Source of the DNA: Eledone cirrhosa
Taxonomy: Eukaryota
Direction of reading: 5' to 3'
DNA length: 64,000 nucleotides
Assembly: GCA_964016885.1 (NCBI GenBank)
Contig: OZ024740.1
Location: forward strand, 118,420,001-118,484,000
In this document: positions 40,442-57,233 of the stretch, one piece after another
Layout of the letters: each line of letters opens with the position of its first letter
Position numbering within the stretch: position 1 is the first letter of the stretch
The notes under the pieces: generated by a model
Database searches by the model: none
Told to the model about the DNA's origin: nothing
Seen by the model: only the letters and a program-made list of their open reading frames with translations
Program-made: the position numbers and the translations under genes

Positions 40442-40717
40442 GTATCTCTATTTGTATGTGTATATGTGTATAGGTATATACCTTTTTCTTTGTATGTCTG
40501 AGTTGTGTGAGAGTGTAGTGGTGTTTGTATGTATATACCGATATATGGATGCGTAAGTATTTGTGTGTATGTATGTATGTATGTCTGTATGTATTTGTGT
40601 GTATATATAGGTATGTATGTGTATATCTGTATGTATATAAGTATGTATGTGTATGTATATGTGCGTGTATGTGTATATATATGTGTGTCTATATATGTAT
40701 GTGTGATTATATGTGTA

Positions 40718-40750
<33 letters not shown>

Positions 40751-40838
40751 TTATATGTATGTGTGTATATGTGTGTATGTGTGTATATGTATATGTTTAT
40801 ATATGTGTGTGTATGTGTGTTCTAAGTGTAGATGTGTG

Positions 40839-40924
<86 letters not shown>

Positions 40925-40930
40925 TATATT
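39170..40930. repeat. Mosaic (TA)/(TG) microsatellite tract with internal duplication
   Basis: Alternating purine-pyrimidine tract. Block tacctttttctttgtatgtctgagttgtgtgagagtgtagtgg recurs near 39880 and 40478. Confidence 0.95.
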
Positions 40931-41558
40931 TTCTTGATATATTTCTTTTTTCTTTTTTATTTTTATTTTTTTCTTTTCTTTCCTTTTTAATTTTTATTTT
41001 TTATTTCTTAGTTTATAGATACATCTATAAATAAGCAGTCTGCCCAAACCGTTGAATACTGACCTCTCCCCCCCTCCCACCTAATTTCTGTATCTTGATC
41101 TAAATGTGTGTGGCAGTGTTTATGTGAGTGAATTAATATCCATGTGCTTATGATAATATTATATCCACATATATATATGTGTGTGGGGGTGTGTGTGTGT
41201 GTGTATGTTCGTAATTATGTGTATGCTTATGCATATACGCGCGCGTGTGTGTGAGTGTACGGATATGTGTGAGTATGAGAATATGTGTATACACTTATTT
41301 CATATTTATGTGTCTATACGCATCTTATCTGTGCATTATAAACTTACAGAGACATTAACCTTGAAATTTTGTATTTGCATGCATCTTTTTGGCATGCGTA
41401 TGCATGTTGAGCATACATCTTTGTATAAATATGTGTACGGAGTAGTTACATGTATATACACACACCAAACTGCATAAAACCTTTTGTATTTTCATTGGTC
41501 AATTTTGTTCCCAAATGGACCTGAAATTTTGAATTGTTGTTATTATCAATAAATATAT

Positions 41559-41713
41559 TTCATTATTTCTGAAGACGGCGTATATGTGTGTTTGGTATGT
41601 ATATTTAATCTTGATAGTTTGTATAATTTTGTATAATTTTGTACATAGATCTGTTGAATATGCATGCCAATTCTAACACATATATATCCTAGAAACGATT
41701 GTTAAATAATGAA
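41559..41713 (+). ncRNA. Type I hammerhead with 116-nt hairpin helix II
   Basis: ttcattattt-CTGAAGA-[long imperfect hairpin 41576-41691]-GAAAC gatt GTT-aaataatgaa: 10-bp perfect helix I. Confidence 0.8.
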
Positions 41714-41773
41714 CTTTTTTTGTTTAATATAAGGAACTGTTTCATTGTTTTATTCATTATTTGTTTAATATTT

Positions 41774-41822
<49 letters not shown>

Positions 41823-41965
41823 ATATATATATATAAAACATATGTATATATATATATACATGTTTTGTATATATATATATATACATATATATATACATCT
41901 ATACATGTTTTATATATATATACATATATACATATGTTTTATATATATATATATATACATATATA

Positions 41966-41997
<32 letters not shown>

Positions 41998-42107
41998 CAT
42001 ATATTAATATATATATATATATATACATATATAAATATATATATATATACATATATACATATGTTTTATATATATACATATATATATATATATATACATA
42101 TATACAT

Positions 42108-42145
<38 letters not shown>

Positions 42146-42189
42146 TATATATATACATATATACATACATACATATATATATACATATA

Positions 42190-44700
42190 GGCCAAACATT
42201 AACAAATCGGAAATGTCTGCCCTTAAACGTATACAAAATGATAAAACAATAATAATTAAACAAGCAGATAAAGGGGGCGCAATTGTTATAATGGATGTTG
42301 AATACTAGAAATATTTGGTTGAGGAACAACTGAAAGACACAACATTCTATCATGAAATACCGTGAAATATAGACCACAATATCATGAAGAAGATCAACAA
42401 CCTGGTTTCAAAATACTTCAAAATACCACAACTCACTTACTGATAAGGAAAAAGACTACAGCACTAATTTTCAGCCAAAACCAAGCAACCTATATGGCCT
42501 ACCGAAAGTTCATAAGTCAAAAGATATCCAACTGGCAGTAAAAGAACAAAAAAGTGAGTACATTAAATTACTACACCCAAAAGACTTAAAACTTAGACCT
42601 ATTATTGCTGGTCCAACATGCCCCACCCACTTTCTAAGCAATTTGTTGACATTATTTTGAAACCACTATGTATCCACATACCCAGTTTCATCCGGGATGA
42701 TATCGACTTCCTGTCCCATCTTCCCAAAACCATGGAAACGAATTCACTTGTACTTAGTTTTGATGTGGTAAGCCTTTACACCAACATTACACATGATTTA
42801 GGAATAAAGGCGGTTAAATACTGGGTGGCAAAATATAGAGAAGTAATTCCCATCAGATTCACAGCGCCATTTATATTAGACGCAGTTAAACTTATTCTGG
42901 AAAACAACACTTTCTTCTTCAATGTAAAGAATTACATCCAAATTAGAGGCACAGCGATGGGAACGAAGGTTGCTCCCGTTTACGTGAACTCTGTAATGGG
43001 ATACTTAGAACATTAACTCTACCAAGAAATAGAGGAAAAATATAGTACTGACTTTAGAAAGTACATTGAAAAATCTTCGAAGAGATACCTTAACGACTGT
43101 TTCATCATCTGGACAGAATCTCTAGATACTCTCGATGAGTTCAATATCCTCCTGAATAACCTACACCCATCTCTACAATTCACAAAAGAGATGAATAGTA
43201 CCAAATTACCATTCCTAGATATAATGTTAATTAAAAACGACACCACCATTACCACGGATATATACTATAAACACACAGACACCCATCAATATCTGAGTTT
43301 TATGTCGTGCCATCCACCTCATACAAAACGCAACATCCCATACTGCCTAGCCAGAAGAATTTGTACCATTGTAGAAGATACGAATACCAGGAACAAACGC
43401 CTAACAGAACTGAGAGAATTTTTACTTATAGAAAATTGCATACTGCGGGCTATAAAAATACCTATACAACAACTTAGTACAACCCAAGGAAGAAGAAACC
43501 AAGAACTGGTCATACCATTTATAATGATACAGAACCCATGTCACCAGAATATCTTCAAGACCGCCAAAGCAAACCTACCGATCATTGCTCAAGGTAATGA
43601 ATTAAAAGGTTTAATCACAGACCGATCTTTGACTCTTAGTAAAAGACAGCCGAAAAATTTGAAGCAATTACTAACACATGCAAAGTTTGACCTTAACAAC
43701 AAATATCAATCATTCACGGTATCTAAATGCAATGATAGTCGATGTGGCACATGTCAATCCATACACACTGGTCAATATATAAACACAAAAACTGGAAAAA
43801 TCTTCCCGAATTTGTATTGCGAAAGCAGAAATCTAATTTAATGCATTAAATGCCCGAATTGTGAAGAACTATATGTCGGTCAAACTAGAAATGCACTATC
43901 GGAACGTGCACGGGTGCACCGACAGCAAATGAGAGACCCAAATGTCCGTCAGATACCCCTGAGTAACCATCTAGCAACATGTGGTCAGAAAATATTTATA
44001 ATATTTCCATTCTACAAATTACACAGCCCAAGTGAAATCAAGAGAAAAATTAAAGCAAATAATTTCCAAAGAAATTCCAACCCAAGCTAAATGAACAATA
44101 ATAATGCTTATGGGTATTACTCCTACTATGAGTACGCCTACGACCATGTCGACTACCACCACTAACAACAATAACAACAATAATAATAAAAGTGATGTTG
44201 ATAGTGATGATTACTGAAGATTTTTTATAAAAACGCGAGAAAATGCTATTTTCATCATTTCTAAAAATAGCAAAACAATTGATGATTTGGATAGGGTCAA
44301 ATAGAAGTCGTTAGACATGCTCAACCAACCGTGACGCCTAAACGAATCAGCTTTAGTAATCTAGTGAAACTACACACCGATTGGTCGAAATACAGTTTGC
44401 AAAAGTTAGCATTCTGTAGCCCCTTTTTACAGTATATAAGGCACAGAATTTACCCATCTAATTACAGTTGAAAATTGCAAACTTGTCAGGCACCACTGAA
44501 CATGAACCTGAAGAGTGCGAAAGCATGAAAGTACTTATTCAATTAACATTTAACATTTAATATTCTACCATACAATTTCATTATAATATCATAATAATTT
44601 TAAAGGATTGTAAATAAAACGAGTAAATCAGACAAAGTTGCAATTCCTTTTAGTAATATAATCTTCTATACACAATCATACACACCCGTGTATAATTATT
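42190..44700 (+). mobile_element. PLE (Neptune-type), 5'-truncated, degenerate
   Basis: [67 protein letters not shown], linker CNDSRCGTC, then CESRNLI..IKC..C...YVGQT (GIY-YIG) to about 44100. TATA 44433, HHR 44503. Confidence 0.92.
44503..44541 (+). ncRNA. Minimal hammerhead ribozyme
   Basis: tgaac-CTGAAGA-gtgc GAAA gcat-GAAA gtac TTA-ttca, with GNRA loop II and palindrome AAGTACTT. Confidence 0.65.
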
Positions 44701-44723
44701 TATATATAGTTTTAATATAGAAG

Positions 44724-44774
44724 AGATTCTACAGGATTAGAACTGTTTCATCCGTGAGAAATCATCAGGAATCT
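44724..44774 (-). ncRNA. Type I hammerhead ribozyme in an orphan pLTR fragment
   Basis: Minus: agattc-CTGATGA-t ttc tcac gga t-GAAACAG ttctaatc CTGTA-gaatct. Confidence 0.8.
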
Positions 44775-45161
44775 GGCTGTCCAAATAAATATGGTGATAT
44801 TTATATTTTTCTGGTGCGAGGAGAGGGTGGGGAGTGGGATGGGGGGAGGTCGTTGGTTGAAAGAAAAGGGAATTCATTAAAAGCTAATTCTTTAAAGCTA
44901 TAATTTATATTTAGAGTTACAAAGGCAGAAAGAATTCTATGAACAAATTCAAATTGGAGTGCCAATCCTTATTTTTAAGTTTTTCTTAAGCTAACAATGC
45001 CTATATTTCAGGTGCCTATAAGATGGTTGGAGGTCAGTCATGGTTGATGGGTTTAAACCCATCAACCATACCTGCGATTCAACCCGGAATAACTTACCTT
45101 TATATATATATATAAAGAATCAAAAAGAACAGAAAGATGCAGTAAAAGAGATTTATTCGGT

Positions 45162-45276
45162 TCTAACGTACGTTTCAATAGACATCAATTTGCCTAGATC
45201 TCGCTGCATCTATAATATTATATAGTTAGTAGAGCATTCGACATCCAATGAATAATCGATTCTATATCATCAGAGA
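45162..45276 (-). ncRNA. Type I hammerhead with 90-nt helix II
   Basis: Minus: tct-CTGATGA-[t ataga...tctat t]-GAAAC gtac GTT-aga, then AATAAA. Confidence 0.72.
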
Positions 45277-45394
45277 TTATATTTACCGTACCAGAATGTT
45301 CAGGTTTTTATAGGAATTTATGTGAAGTTGAAGTAGAGAAGAAGGAGGATGTGACAAAGACGAGAGAGATAGGTTTTTTTTCTGGTTGTTGATG

Positions 45395-45470
45395 TAAAAC
45401 AGAGGGGAGGATAAAATACGATAATGAAGTCTAGACTTCATTATCGTATTTTATCCTCCCCTCTGTTTTA
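45395..45470. repeat. Perfect 76-bp palindrome
   Basis: 38-bp arms, no spacer, centred on TCT|AGA. Confidence 0.95.
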
Positions 45471-47035
45471 TATATTTTTTCAAAAGTTAAACGGTTAAAT
45501 TTGGAAATCTTTAATTTATAATATTAGGGTGAAGACTCCAGATTTCAGGATTATTTGCTGGTTATTCATATATTGTTTATATAAATTCTATAAGTGTGTT
45601 ATCATTTCTAAACTTCTGAATTTTATGAGGGTAACATTTAAAGGATTTAGCTGGCAGATAAAGAATGAAATATTATACTGTTGATTATTTACCTAAATTC
45701 AAACTTTAACAAATATACCAACATATTAGGTATGTAAAGCTTTTGAAGTACTTATTGTTATAAATATTTAAATAACTATTATGTATATAGGTATATATTA
45801 ATGAGCCAGTATATTTAAGGTAATAATAACGACGAAGATAAAAATAAAATAAGATGATATATTGAAGGATGTTAAGGATAAATATATACCTACGTATAAC
45901 TGGGTGTAAATGCACTAATTATTCTTCAACCAAGATATCAACATATTATTAGATACAGGGATGTATATATAGATATATATTAGGTATTATTAGTGTAGTA
46001 TACTTTAGGTAAAGGATAACAGTTATAATTTTATCAGCGTATCACAATTAAATATTTAAAATACATATATATATAAATATAAGAAAAACAACAATGAGTG
46101 CAAAATAATACAGAGTTCAAAAATTTGGATATTTTCTCTATATTTGAATCATGTATATAGAAATGTGGTAGGTATATTTAAAAATATATAAAATATAATA
46201 TATAACTACATACATATTATAATATATTATATTATAAATAAATAAGAGATCGAAAGCGCAGCAAAAAATTCACGTTTATATATAAGTTTGAATCCGTCTC
46301 AAATTTTAGATTTTATAGTGCAGTAAATATATTTAAAAGAAATATATGCTATATTATACTATAAATATTAGATCAAAAACTCATTAAAAATTTAGAGTTA
46401 TAGATAAGTTTCATAAACATTTATGGATTGGGTATTAAACTAAAATGTAAAAGAGATCACAAATGTATTAAAAATTCACAGTAAAATAAATTCCGTAAAT
46501 ATGTAAGGATTAGGTATTATACTAAATTATAAGCATAGATGGGAAGATAGATAGATAAATAAGGAGATAAAGAAATGATGGTATTGATCTAAGTTAACAA
46601 ATAATGTTGTGTGTATCAATGTTTAGGCATGTTAATTGAAATATTGTCATTCATTCTAGCGTTGTTTCTTCTGTAGATAGTTATAAAATAAAGCAATATT
46701 AAAGGCCATTAATGTTTTTTACTGTTGATTATATATTCCTGGTAACCGAGATGTTATTGGTTTGGTGTAATTGTTTCTTTCTTTCTCGTTTTATGTGAGG
46801 CTAAAAAAGTGGACGTAGCTTTATAGAGGCAACTAGAGAATAATTCACTTTTTTTGTTAATTAGGGTCTCGTAATTATTAATAATCAACAGGGTCTCCAT
46901 TGTACCGAGCGGGCAGTTATTTGATATACTAGAGTTGCGGTAAATTCCACAGTTCCGTAGTTTTGTCCAAAGAATGGAGTATTTTAAATTCTTCTCTTTT
47001 AAAGACCATATGGGCTGTGATAATATATATATATA

Positions 47036-47464
47036 TATATTGTTATACTTGGGGAGAGTCATATTTGTGTAATATTGCCAGAATTAATAACAGAACACAC
47101 TCACTGTTTGGTTGCTTTTCGCTTCTCGCTTCTGTGTCTTTTATATCGGTTAAATAAATTTATTCGATTCTCAATGTTGCCATTGACTGACCAACGGTCA
47201 AAAATACAGATACAATATAGACACAAACACATATATATAGTCTATCAAAGTTCTTTCGTTGCACATCTGAAACGTCGTCAGTGGTGCTATTGTATCCTCC
47301 CGTTGCATTGTATGTCTACGCCATCTTTATTTAAATAAAGATGGGGTAGAGATACAATGCAATATAAAAGACACAGAAGCGAAAAGCGAAAACCAACCAA
47401 ACAGTGAGTGTGTTCTGTTATTAATTCTGGCAATATTACACAAAATATGACCCTCCCCAAATAT

Positions 47465-47470
<6 letters not shown>
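47036..47470. repeat. Inverted repeat (about 110-bp arms) with TGTTATA...TATAACA ends in (TA)n
   Basis: 47036-47145 vs 47362-47470. Related termini at 47509-47531 and about 49166. MITE or rearranged LTR, unresolved. Confidence 0.75.
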
Positions 47471-47510
<40 letters not shown>

Positions 47511-47574
47511 ACACTCCCCAAGTATAACAATATTTGTTTCGACACACGATTTCATATCAAAACCTCGCAAAACT

Positions 47575-49657
<2,083 letters not shown>

Positions 49658-49753
49658 TTATATATATATATACATATGTTTCATATATATATATACATAA
49701 TGTTTTATATATATATATATATATACATATGTTTTATATATATATATATACAT

Positions 49754-49853
<100 letters not shown>

Positions 49854-49879
49854 TATACATATATAAATATATATATATA

Positions 49880-50576
49880 TAATATTGGATTTTACAGAAC
49901 CTTAAATCACCAAAAACCTGCCTAAATACAAAAACAGAAATTTTCACCAGTTGCTCACACATGAAATCACACTTGCTTTCCAGCTCATATAAACTTAACT
50001 CACTTTCAGATACTTATCCTCCATAAACTCTTATTCTTCACTTTCCTTAAATTATCCTTTTTACAGATTTCTCTTTCTGATTTACTTTCATTTTTAACTT
50101 TATTTTTAATTTTATTTTTATTTTTATTTTTATTTTTACTTCACATCCACCAGTAACCCCCCCCCCCCCCCTCTACATTTCGATTCACTTACCTAATATC
50201 TTCACATTCCACATTTTACTTCCTCATTTTCTTTCACTACCTGATATTAAATGTCACTTGCGTTTTCCACTCCAGATATATTCTGTTGTTTCGCAGCTGA
50301 TTTTATATTTGTACTCATTTATTTTTATGGCTGATTTATAATCTGTATCTATGTGTCTGAGTGTGCTTATGTGTGTATACGTTCTGTATATGTATACGAA
50401 CGCCTCCGTATGTGTGCGTGCGTACGTATATATATGTGTGTATGTGTGTTTTTATATCTAGATTTTTTATATCTATGTTTTTTACATTCTTATTTTTACG
50501 TGTGTGTGTATGCGGGTGAATGTATGTGTATGTGTATGTATATGTGTATATATGTATATGTATATATGGGTGTGTA

Positions 50577-50620
<44 letters not shown>

Positions 50621-51416
50621 TGCCTCGTGTGTATGTATGTACCCATGCATGCGCTTTTGTCTGTACGTATTTGTGTGTATAAATATTTTTTATATATAAA
50701 TGTGTATGTACGTGCGTACCTATGTTTGTTTTCTTTTCTCTAGTGTTAATTGATTATTTTTCTTTGATTTAAACATTTTTCATTCTCATATATTGTTTCC
50801 TTTTTATACATATATCGAGAATGACACGTCTTTTTACTATTACACTCCTTTCCCTCTTAATCTTCCGCATTTAAGTGACCGCGCGTGTATGTGTGTTTAT
50901 ACGCTAGCTTTCATACTCGTATGTGTATTTAATATCTGTATCTGGATGCGTGTCAACTATATTATCATAGATTTTCTTTTTCAACTCATATTATATACTT
51001 TTTTGTGGTCACATATACACAAATATACTTGCCCTCATATATGTACTTACGCACACATTTTCCCCATACACATGCATTTGTACATACACACATATGTACA
51101 TTTGTGAGTGTATATACATACATATACACATACCCTAACTATATTTCCTTATATTTTTTTATATATCTCTTTCATTACTTTTATTTATACATTTTTTGCA
51201 TTTCTTGAGGAGACTTTCCAAATATTTCACTATGTTTTAAATTGCCTTGTCTGACGAACGAATGAGGACGTTTTTCGTATCCGTCTTATTCGGGAAACCT
51301 CTGAAAATTAGGTAATTATATTGTATTGTTTATTATACATTAAATTTTGCTCTGGTACTTACATAGAGCACTCTTCACTCCTATGACTTTTTCAATTTTC
51401 AACGAAAACTTCAATA

Positions 51417-51420
<4 letters not shown>
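49880..51420 (+). mobile_element. PLE 3' fragment
   Basis: [26 protein letters not shown] (endonuclease C-terminus), TG-rich UTR, HHR near 51251. Confidence 0.75.
51245..51320 (+). ncRNA. Hammerhead-like motif
   Basis: CTGACGA-a cgaatgaggacg...cgtcttattcg g-GAAACCT ctgaaaatt AGGTA. Helices II and III are good, helix I is weak. Confidence 0.55.
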
Positions 51421-51478
<58 letters not shown>

Positions 51479-51572
51479 GATGAGATTCTACAGGACTAGA
51501 ACTGTTTCATTACTGTGGTTACCTCCGATTCAACCCGGAATAACTTACCTATATATATATATATATATACAT

Positions 51573-51639
<67 letters not shown>

Positions 51640-51641
<2 letters not shown>

Positions 51642-52293
51642 AGTGTAATTTTCTACACAAAACGAAGGTTATAGAGAAAATTGAGGTTGGTAATGGCACA
51701 TGGAATATATAAGAGACAGAATACTTTTTTGTGAAAAAACATATAATTTTATAAGGTAAGGAAATAATAAAGGTTATAAAAAATGAGTGGTTTCGATGGG
51801 TCTGCAAAAGCCATCTTTTCAAATGTTGATTAATATTAAGAAAAATTAATAATACGAAGGGTTAAAATTTGAGATTTGAAAATTCAAGTATAAAATTCAT
51901 TGTGGGATTCCATAGTAGTTTTCATCTAGGTAGCAACAACAAGTTGACTGCTGTGTCCCTTTCTGGTAGTGAATGAGAAGTTATTTGGGGTGTGGGTTAT
52001 TTTATAAAGGTCAGATTTAGCAATGGTCAGCTGGCCAGCTGCTGGTCAGTGAGGGGGTGGAAGCAATATACATACATATATTTTCTTGTGGTGGGTAGGA
52101 GAGTGGAGCGTGATAGAAAGGGATTTAGTGCACTTAAACCTATATATACACACATACCTTCATCCACACATACATACATATACATATACATACACATATA
52201 CATATATATATATATATACATATACACACATACATGCACACACACATACATATACATACACACATACACACACACACACACATATATACACAT

Positions 52294-52336
<43 letters not shown>

Positions 52337-52393
52337 TATATATACATACACATACATCCAGATACACATATACATACACACACATATACATAT

Positions 52394-52433
<40 letters not shown>

Positions 52434-54290
52434 CCACACATACATACACACACACACACACACATATATATACATACACACATACAAACATACACACACA
52501 CACACACATATATACACATACACACACATATATATCCACACACACACACATATATATATATATACACATACGCATACATCCAGATACACACATACATACA
52601 CACACACACACACGCACACACAATACATACATCCACATGCACACACATACACACACACATATACACATACATATACACACACATAGAGAAATGGCCTCCA
52701 AATATATATATATATACATACACATATATTTTTTCCATAATATAAGAAGTTGGGACAGTGAAATTAAAATACAAGTCATTCTGATCACATTGAGTTCTTC
52801 GTGTAGATTGGGCCCCGCAACCGACAGTGGTGAATTCTGTGTGCGCATATATATATAGATATATGTGTGTGCACGTGCAGGGTTTAACATGGATGTGTTG
52901 GTCACACAAAGGCATGGTCTGTCAACGAATAAACCTGAATCTACAGAATTGGTCTCTGGTCTTTAATAGTAGTGATTCCGTGCGTATGTGTGTTTATATT
53001 TTATGACAATTCTATTGGGGTGATAACCCGTTTAGTTTTGGTTTAAATTTGTTAAGGAATAGATTTTCTTTGTTTATTCTTTGTTGCTGTGTGAACGAAT
53101 CTGAGCACTTGTAGAAGGGGAAGATTTTAAAGTTGGGTAGTTGACACTATTGCAGTTCGCAATATGGCTGCTCAAGGGGATTTTTCTTGTGTTAGCGTCC
53201 CGGATTTGTTGGCGGTGGATGGTCATTCTTTTGCGTAATGAGGTGCCCGTCTGTCCTATGTAGTTGTGTTTGCACCCACCACAAGTGATTGCGTAAATCA
53301 AGTTCTCCGAGTTGCAGGTGAAATTGTTTTTTACTGTAAATGTTTGGCCATCTTTGAATGTAAATGTTTGTCCTTCAGTGAGGTAGAGGCACGTTCCACA
53401 GTTTGTTCTACCACATTTGGTTACTGTAGGGTTGAGGATTGGTTTGGGTATATTTGGTCCAGTGATAATGCGTTTAAGTGATTTGGGTTGTCTTTTACTT
53501 TTAAGGATCTTGTGTGTTTCAAGAATAGACTTCATTTTTACATCTTTAAGTAGGATGGGGAGGTTTTTGTGTAGGTGATCAAACATTTCGGTATTTCTGG
53601 GGTTGAAAGTGGATACATATGGCAGGGTGTTGAGTGTGGTTTTCTGTTTTGGATTGTTAAGTTGATGGGGATTTAGGTGTTTTGCCCTGTCTATTCCATT
53701 GTTGATTATTTCAAGTGGAAAGGCTCTTAAGATAAGGGTGTCTTTTAGTTCCTTTAGTCTTTGCTCCCGTTTAGGTGGATCTGATACTATGGTACATATA
53801 CGTTTGGCCAAAATTGTAACGAATGTTAAGTTTTGTATGTTTTGGGTGACTTGATGTGAAAAAGAGGTATTGCTTGGAATCTGTGGGTTTATAGAATATA
53901 TCTGTATCTAATTTCCCGTCTATTACAGAGATGAGAATATCCAAGAAGGCTAATTCCTTAGGATTGGATTCCATTGTGAATTGTATGTTATTATCTATGT
54001 TGTTTATCATGTTTTTAAACGTAGTAAGTGAGTTCATGTCTTCTTGCCATAGGATAAAGCAGTGGTCTAGATATCTTTTCCAATTGGCTTTGAGGTGTGT
54101 GTGGAAAGAGTCTCCAGATAAGAGAAGGGATTGACTGTATATTTGTTGTTCATGGAATCCCATGACTAGGTTGGCATATGTGGGTGCTACTTTCGTGCCC
54201 ATTGCCGTACCTGATACTTGTCTGTATGTTGAACCATTGAATGTGAAGTAGTTATTTTGTAGGATAAAGCGGAGTCCGTCAGTGATAAAA
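51640..54290 (-). mobile_element. PLE (Neptune-type), 5'-truncated, frameshifted
   Basis: Minus coding about 53012-54290: GTAMGTKVAPTYANL, WKRYLDHCF, LAFLDI, FYKPTDS, SSHP, CGRTNCGTC, NLIYAITC..C..NYIGQT. Degenerate U3-A8 HHR near 51781-51826. Confidence 0.92.
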
Positions 54291-54308
54291 TATTCATATA
54301 TATATATA

Positions 54309-54672
54309 TCATCATCATCATCTTTTAACGTCCATCTTCCACGCTTGCATGGGTTTGGGCGGGAGTTTTCCCACTTGAGGCAAGATTGGTTGTCCTGCTC
54401 GTATAGGGCAGTCTGGCGGGTTTTCTACGGCTGGATGCCCTTCCTAACACCAACCACGTTTACAGTGTGGACTGGGAGGTTTTTATCGTGTTACCTACAC
54501 GGCCACATTACAGCGTAGACTGTATGTTTTTTTGTCGTGACACCTACACGACCATATTTGTTTCGGACTGGATGTTGTGGTACCAACATAACTTCACATT
54601 TAAGGGGGTGGTATGGATGGGGTGGGCGTAGTGGGACGGGGAAGTATTTTGTTAGAGGGGCCTACTGATTGT
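54309..54672 (-). mobile_element. RTE 3' UTR fragment
   Basis: Homologous to 15571-15960 and 16948-17340, with (CAT)n tail. Confidence 0.85.
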
Positions 54673-54747
54673 AGATATATATATATATATATATATGAAA
54701 CATGTATATATATATATATAAAACATATGTATATATATATATGAAAC

Positions 54748-54788
<41 letters not shown>

Positions 54789-54789
54789 G

Positions 54790-54840
<51 letters not shown>

Positions 54841-55038
54841 GTTTTATATATATATATATATACATATGTTATATATATATATACATATGTTTCATATATA
54901 TATATATAGAGAGAGAGAGATGAGATTCTACAGGACTAGAACTGTTTTATTACTGTGGTTACCTCCGATTCAACCCGGAATAACTTACCTATACATATAT
55001 ATATATATACATATGTTTTATATATATATATATGTATG

Positions 55039-55117
<79 letters not shown>

Positions 55118-55132
55118 TTATTGTATAGAAGG

Positions 55133-55183
55133 AGCTTCTACAGGGCTAGTACTGTTTCATTCAGATGAAATCTTCAGGAAGCT
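55133..55183 (-). ncRNA. Type I hammerhead (repeated at 56194-56244 and 57249-57299)
   Basis: Minus: agcttc-CTGAAGA-t ttca tc tgaa t-GAAACAG tactagcc CTGTA-gaagct. Confidence 0.85.
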
Positions 55184-55487
55184 GGTTGTCACATTAAGTT
55201 CTGGTATTTATACATTTAGGTAGTGATTTTGTTTATTTTTATTTATTTATTCATTTATCTATTTATTCATTTATTTATTTATTTATTTATTTATTTACTT
55301 ATTTATTTACTTTTTCTTTTTCTTTTCCTTTTATTTTACAAAAGCACTCTGGCTAATTGACCTCTCCCCAAAGTTGTGGTCCTGTGTATCTAAATACCAT
55401 CCTACCCAAACAATCCCCCCCACCCCCACCCACCCACCCCCTTACCACTACCTAAATGTATAAATACCAGAACTTAATATGACACCC

Positions 55488-55538
55488 AGCTTCCTGAAGA
55501 TTTCATCTGAATGAAACAGTACTAGTCGTGTAGAAGCT
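55488..55538 (+). ncRNA. Type I hammerhead (repeated at 56549-56599 and 57604-57654)
   Basis: agcttc-CTGAAGA-t ttca tc tgaa t-GAAACA gtactagtcg TGTA-gaagct. TATAAA near 55459, AATAAA at 55549. Confidence 0.82.
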
Positions 55539-55653
55539 CCTTCTATACAATAAATATATTTTACTCTGCCATGTATTGAGTACCTTACTTACTGTGGTTA
55601 TCCCCGACTCAACCCGGGACCTACGAATATTATATATATATACATATGTTTTA

Positions 55654-55685
<32 letters not shown>

Positions 55686-55686
55686 G

Positions 55687-55724
<38 letters not shown>

Positions 55725-55751
55725 ATATGTTTTATATATATATATATATGT

Positions 55752-55792
<41 letters not shown>

Positions 55793-55798
55793 GTTTTA

Positions 55799-55865
<67 letters not shown>

Positions 55866-55873
55866 GTTTTATC

Positions 55874-55904
<31 letters not shown>

Positions 55905-55985
55905 CATGTATATATATATATATAAAACATATGTATATATATATATGAAACATATGTATATATATATATATATATATATACATAG

Positions 55986-56052
<67 letters not shown>

Positions 56053-56107
56053 GTTTTATATATATATATATATATATACATATGTTTTATATATATATAT
56101 ATGTATG

Positions 56108-56178
<71 letters not shown>

Positions 56179-56714
56179 TTATTGTATAGAAGGAGCTTCT
56201 ACAGGGCTAGTACTGTTTCATTCAGATGAAATCTTCAGGAAGCTGGTTGTCACATTAAGTTCTGGTATTTATACATTTAGGTAGTGATTTTGTTTATTTT
56301 TATTTATTTATTCATTTATCTATTTATTCATTTATTTATTTATTTATTTATTTATTTACTTATTTATTTACTTTTTCTTTTTCTTTTCCTTTTATTTTAC
56401 AAAAGCACTCTGGCTAATTGACCTCTCCCCAAAGTTGTGGTCCTGTGTATCTAAATACCATCCTACCCAAACAATCCCCCCCACCCCCACCCACCCACCC
56501 CCTTACCACTACCTAAATGTATAAATACCAGAACTTAATATGACACCCAGCTTCCTGAAGATTTCATCTGAATGAAACAGTACTAGTCGTGTAGAAGCTC
56601 CTTCTATACAATAAATATATTTTACTCTGCCATGTATTGAGTACCTTACTTACTGTGGTTATCCCCGACTCAACCCGGGACCTACGAATATTATATATAT
56701 ATACATATGTTTTA

Positions 56715-56746
<32 letters not shown>

Positions 56747-56747
56747 G

Positions 56748-56785
<38 letters not shown>

Positions 56786-56812
56786 ATATGTTTTATATAT
56801 ATATATATATGT

Positions 56813-56853
<41 letters not shown>

Positions 56854-56859
56854 GTTTTA

Positions 56860-56930
<71 letters not shown>

Positions 56931-57048
56931 GTTTTATCTATATATATATATATATATATATATGAAACATGTATATATATATATATAAAACATATGTATA
57001 TATATATATGAAACATATGTATATATATATATATATATATATACATAG

Positions 57049-57117
<69 letters not shown>

Positions 57118-57172
57118 GTTTTATATATATATATATATATATACATATGTTTTATATATATATATATGTATG

Positions 57173-57233
<61 letters not shown>

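Larger units (their letters stand above)
35768..41770 (+). mobile_element. PLE (Naiad-type) with about 3.8-kb 3' region
   Basis: 707-aa ORF followed by AT-rich degenerate repeats, TG/TA mosaic tracts and a terminal HHR at 41559. Bounded by (TA)n. Assigning the whole 3' region to one element is inference. Confidence 0.8.
45115..47020 (-). mobile_element. PLE (Naiad-type) 3' fragment
   Basis: Minus 46754-47020: IWSLKEKNLKYSILW...CPLGTME...LINKKSELFSSC. Long AT-rich 3' UTR ending with HHR and AATAAA. Confidence 0.8.
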
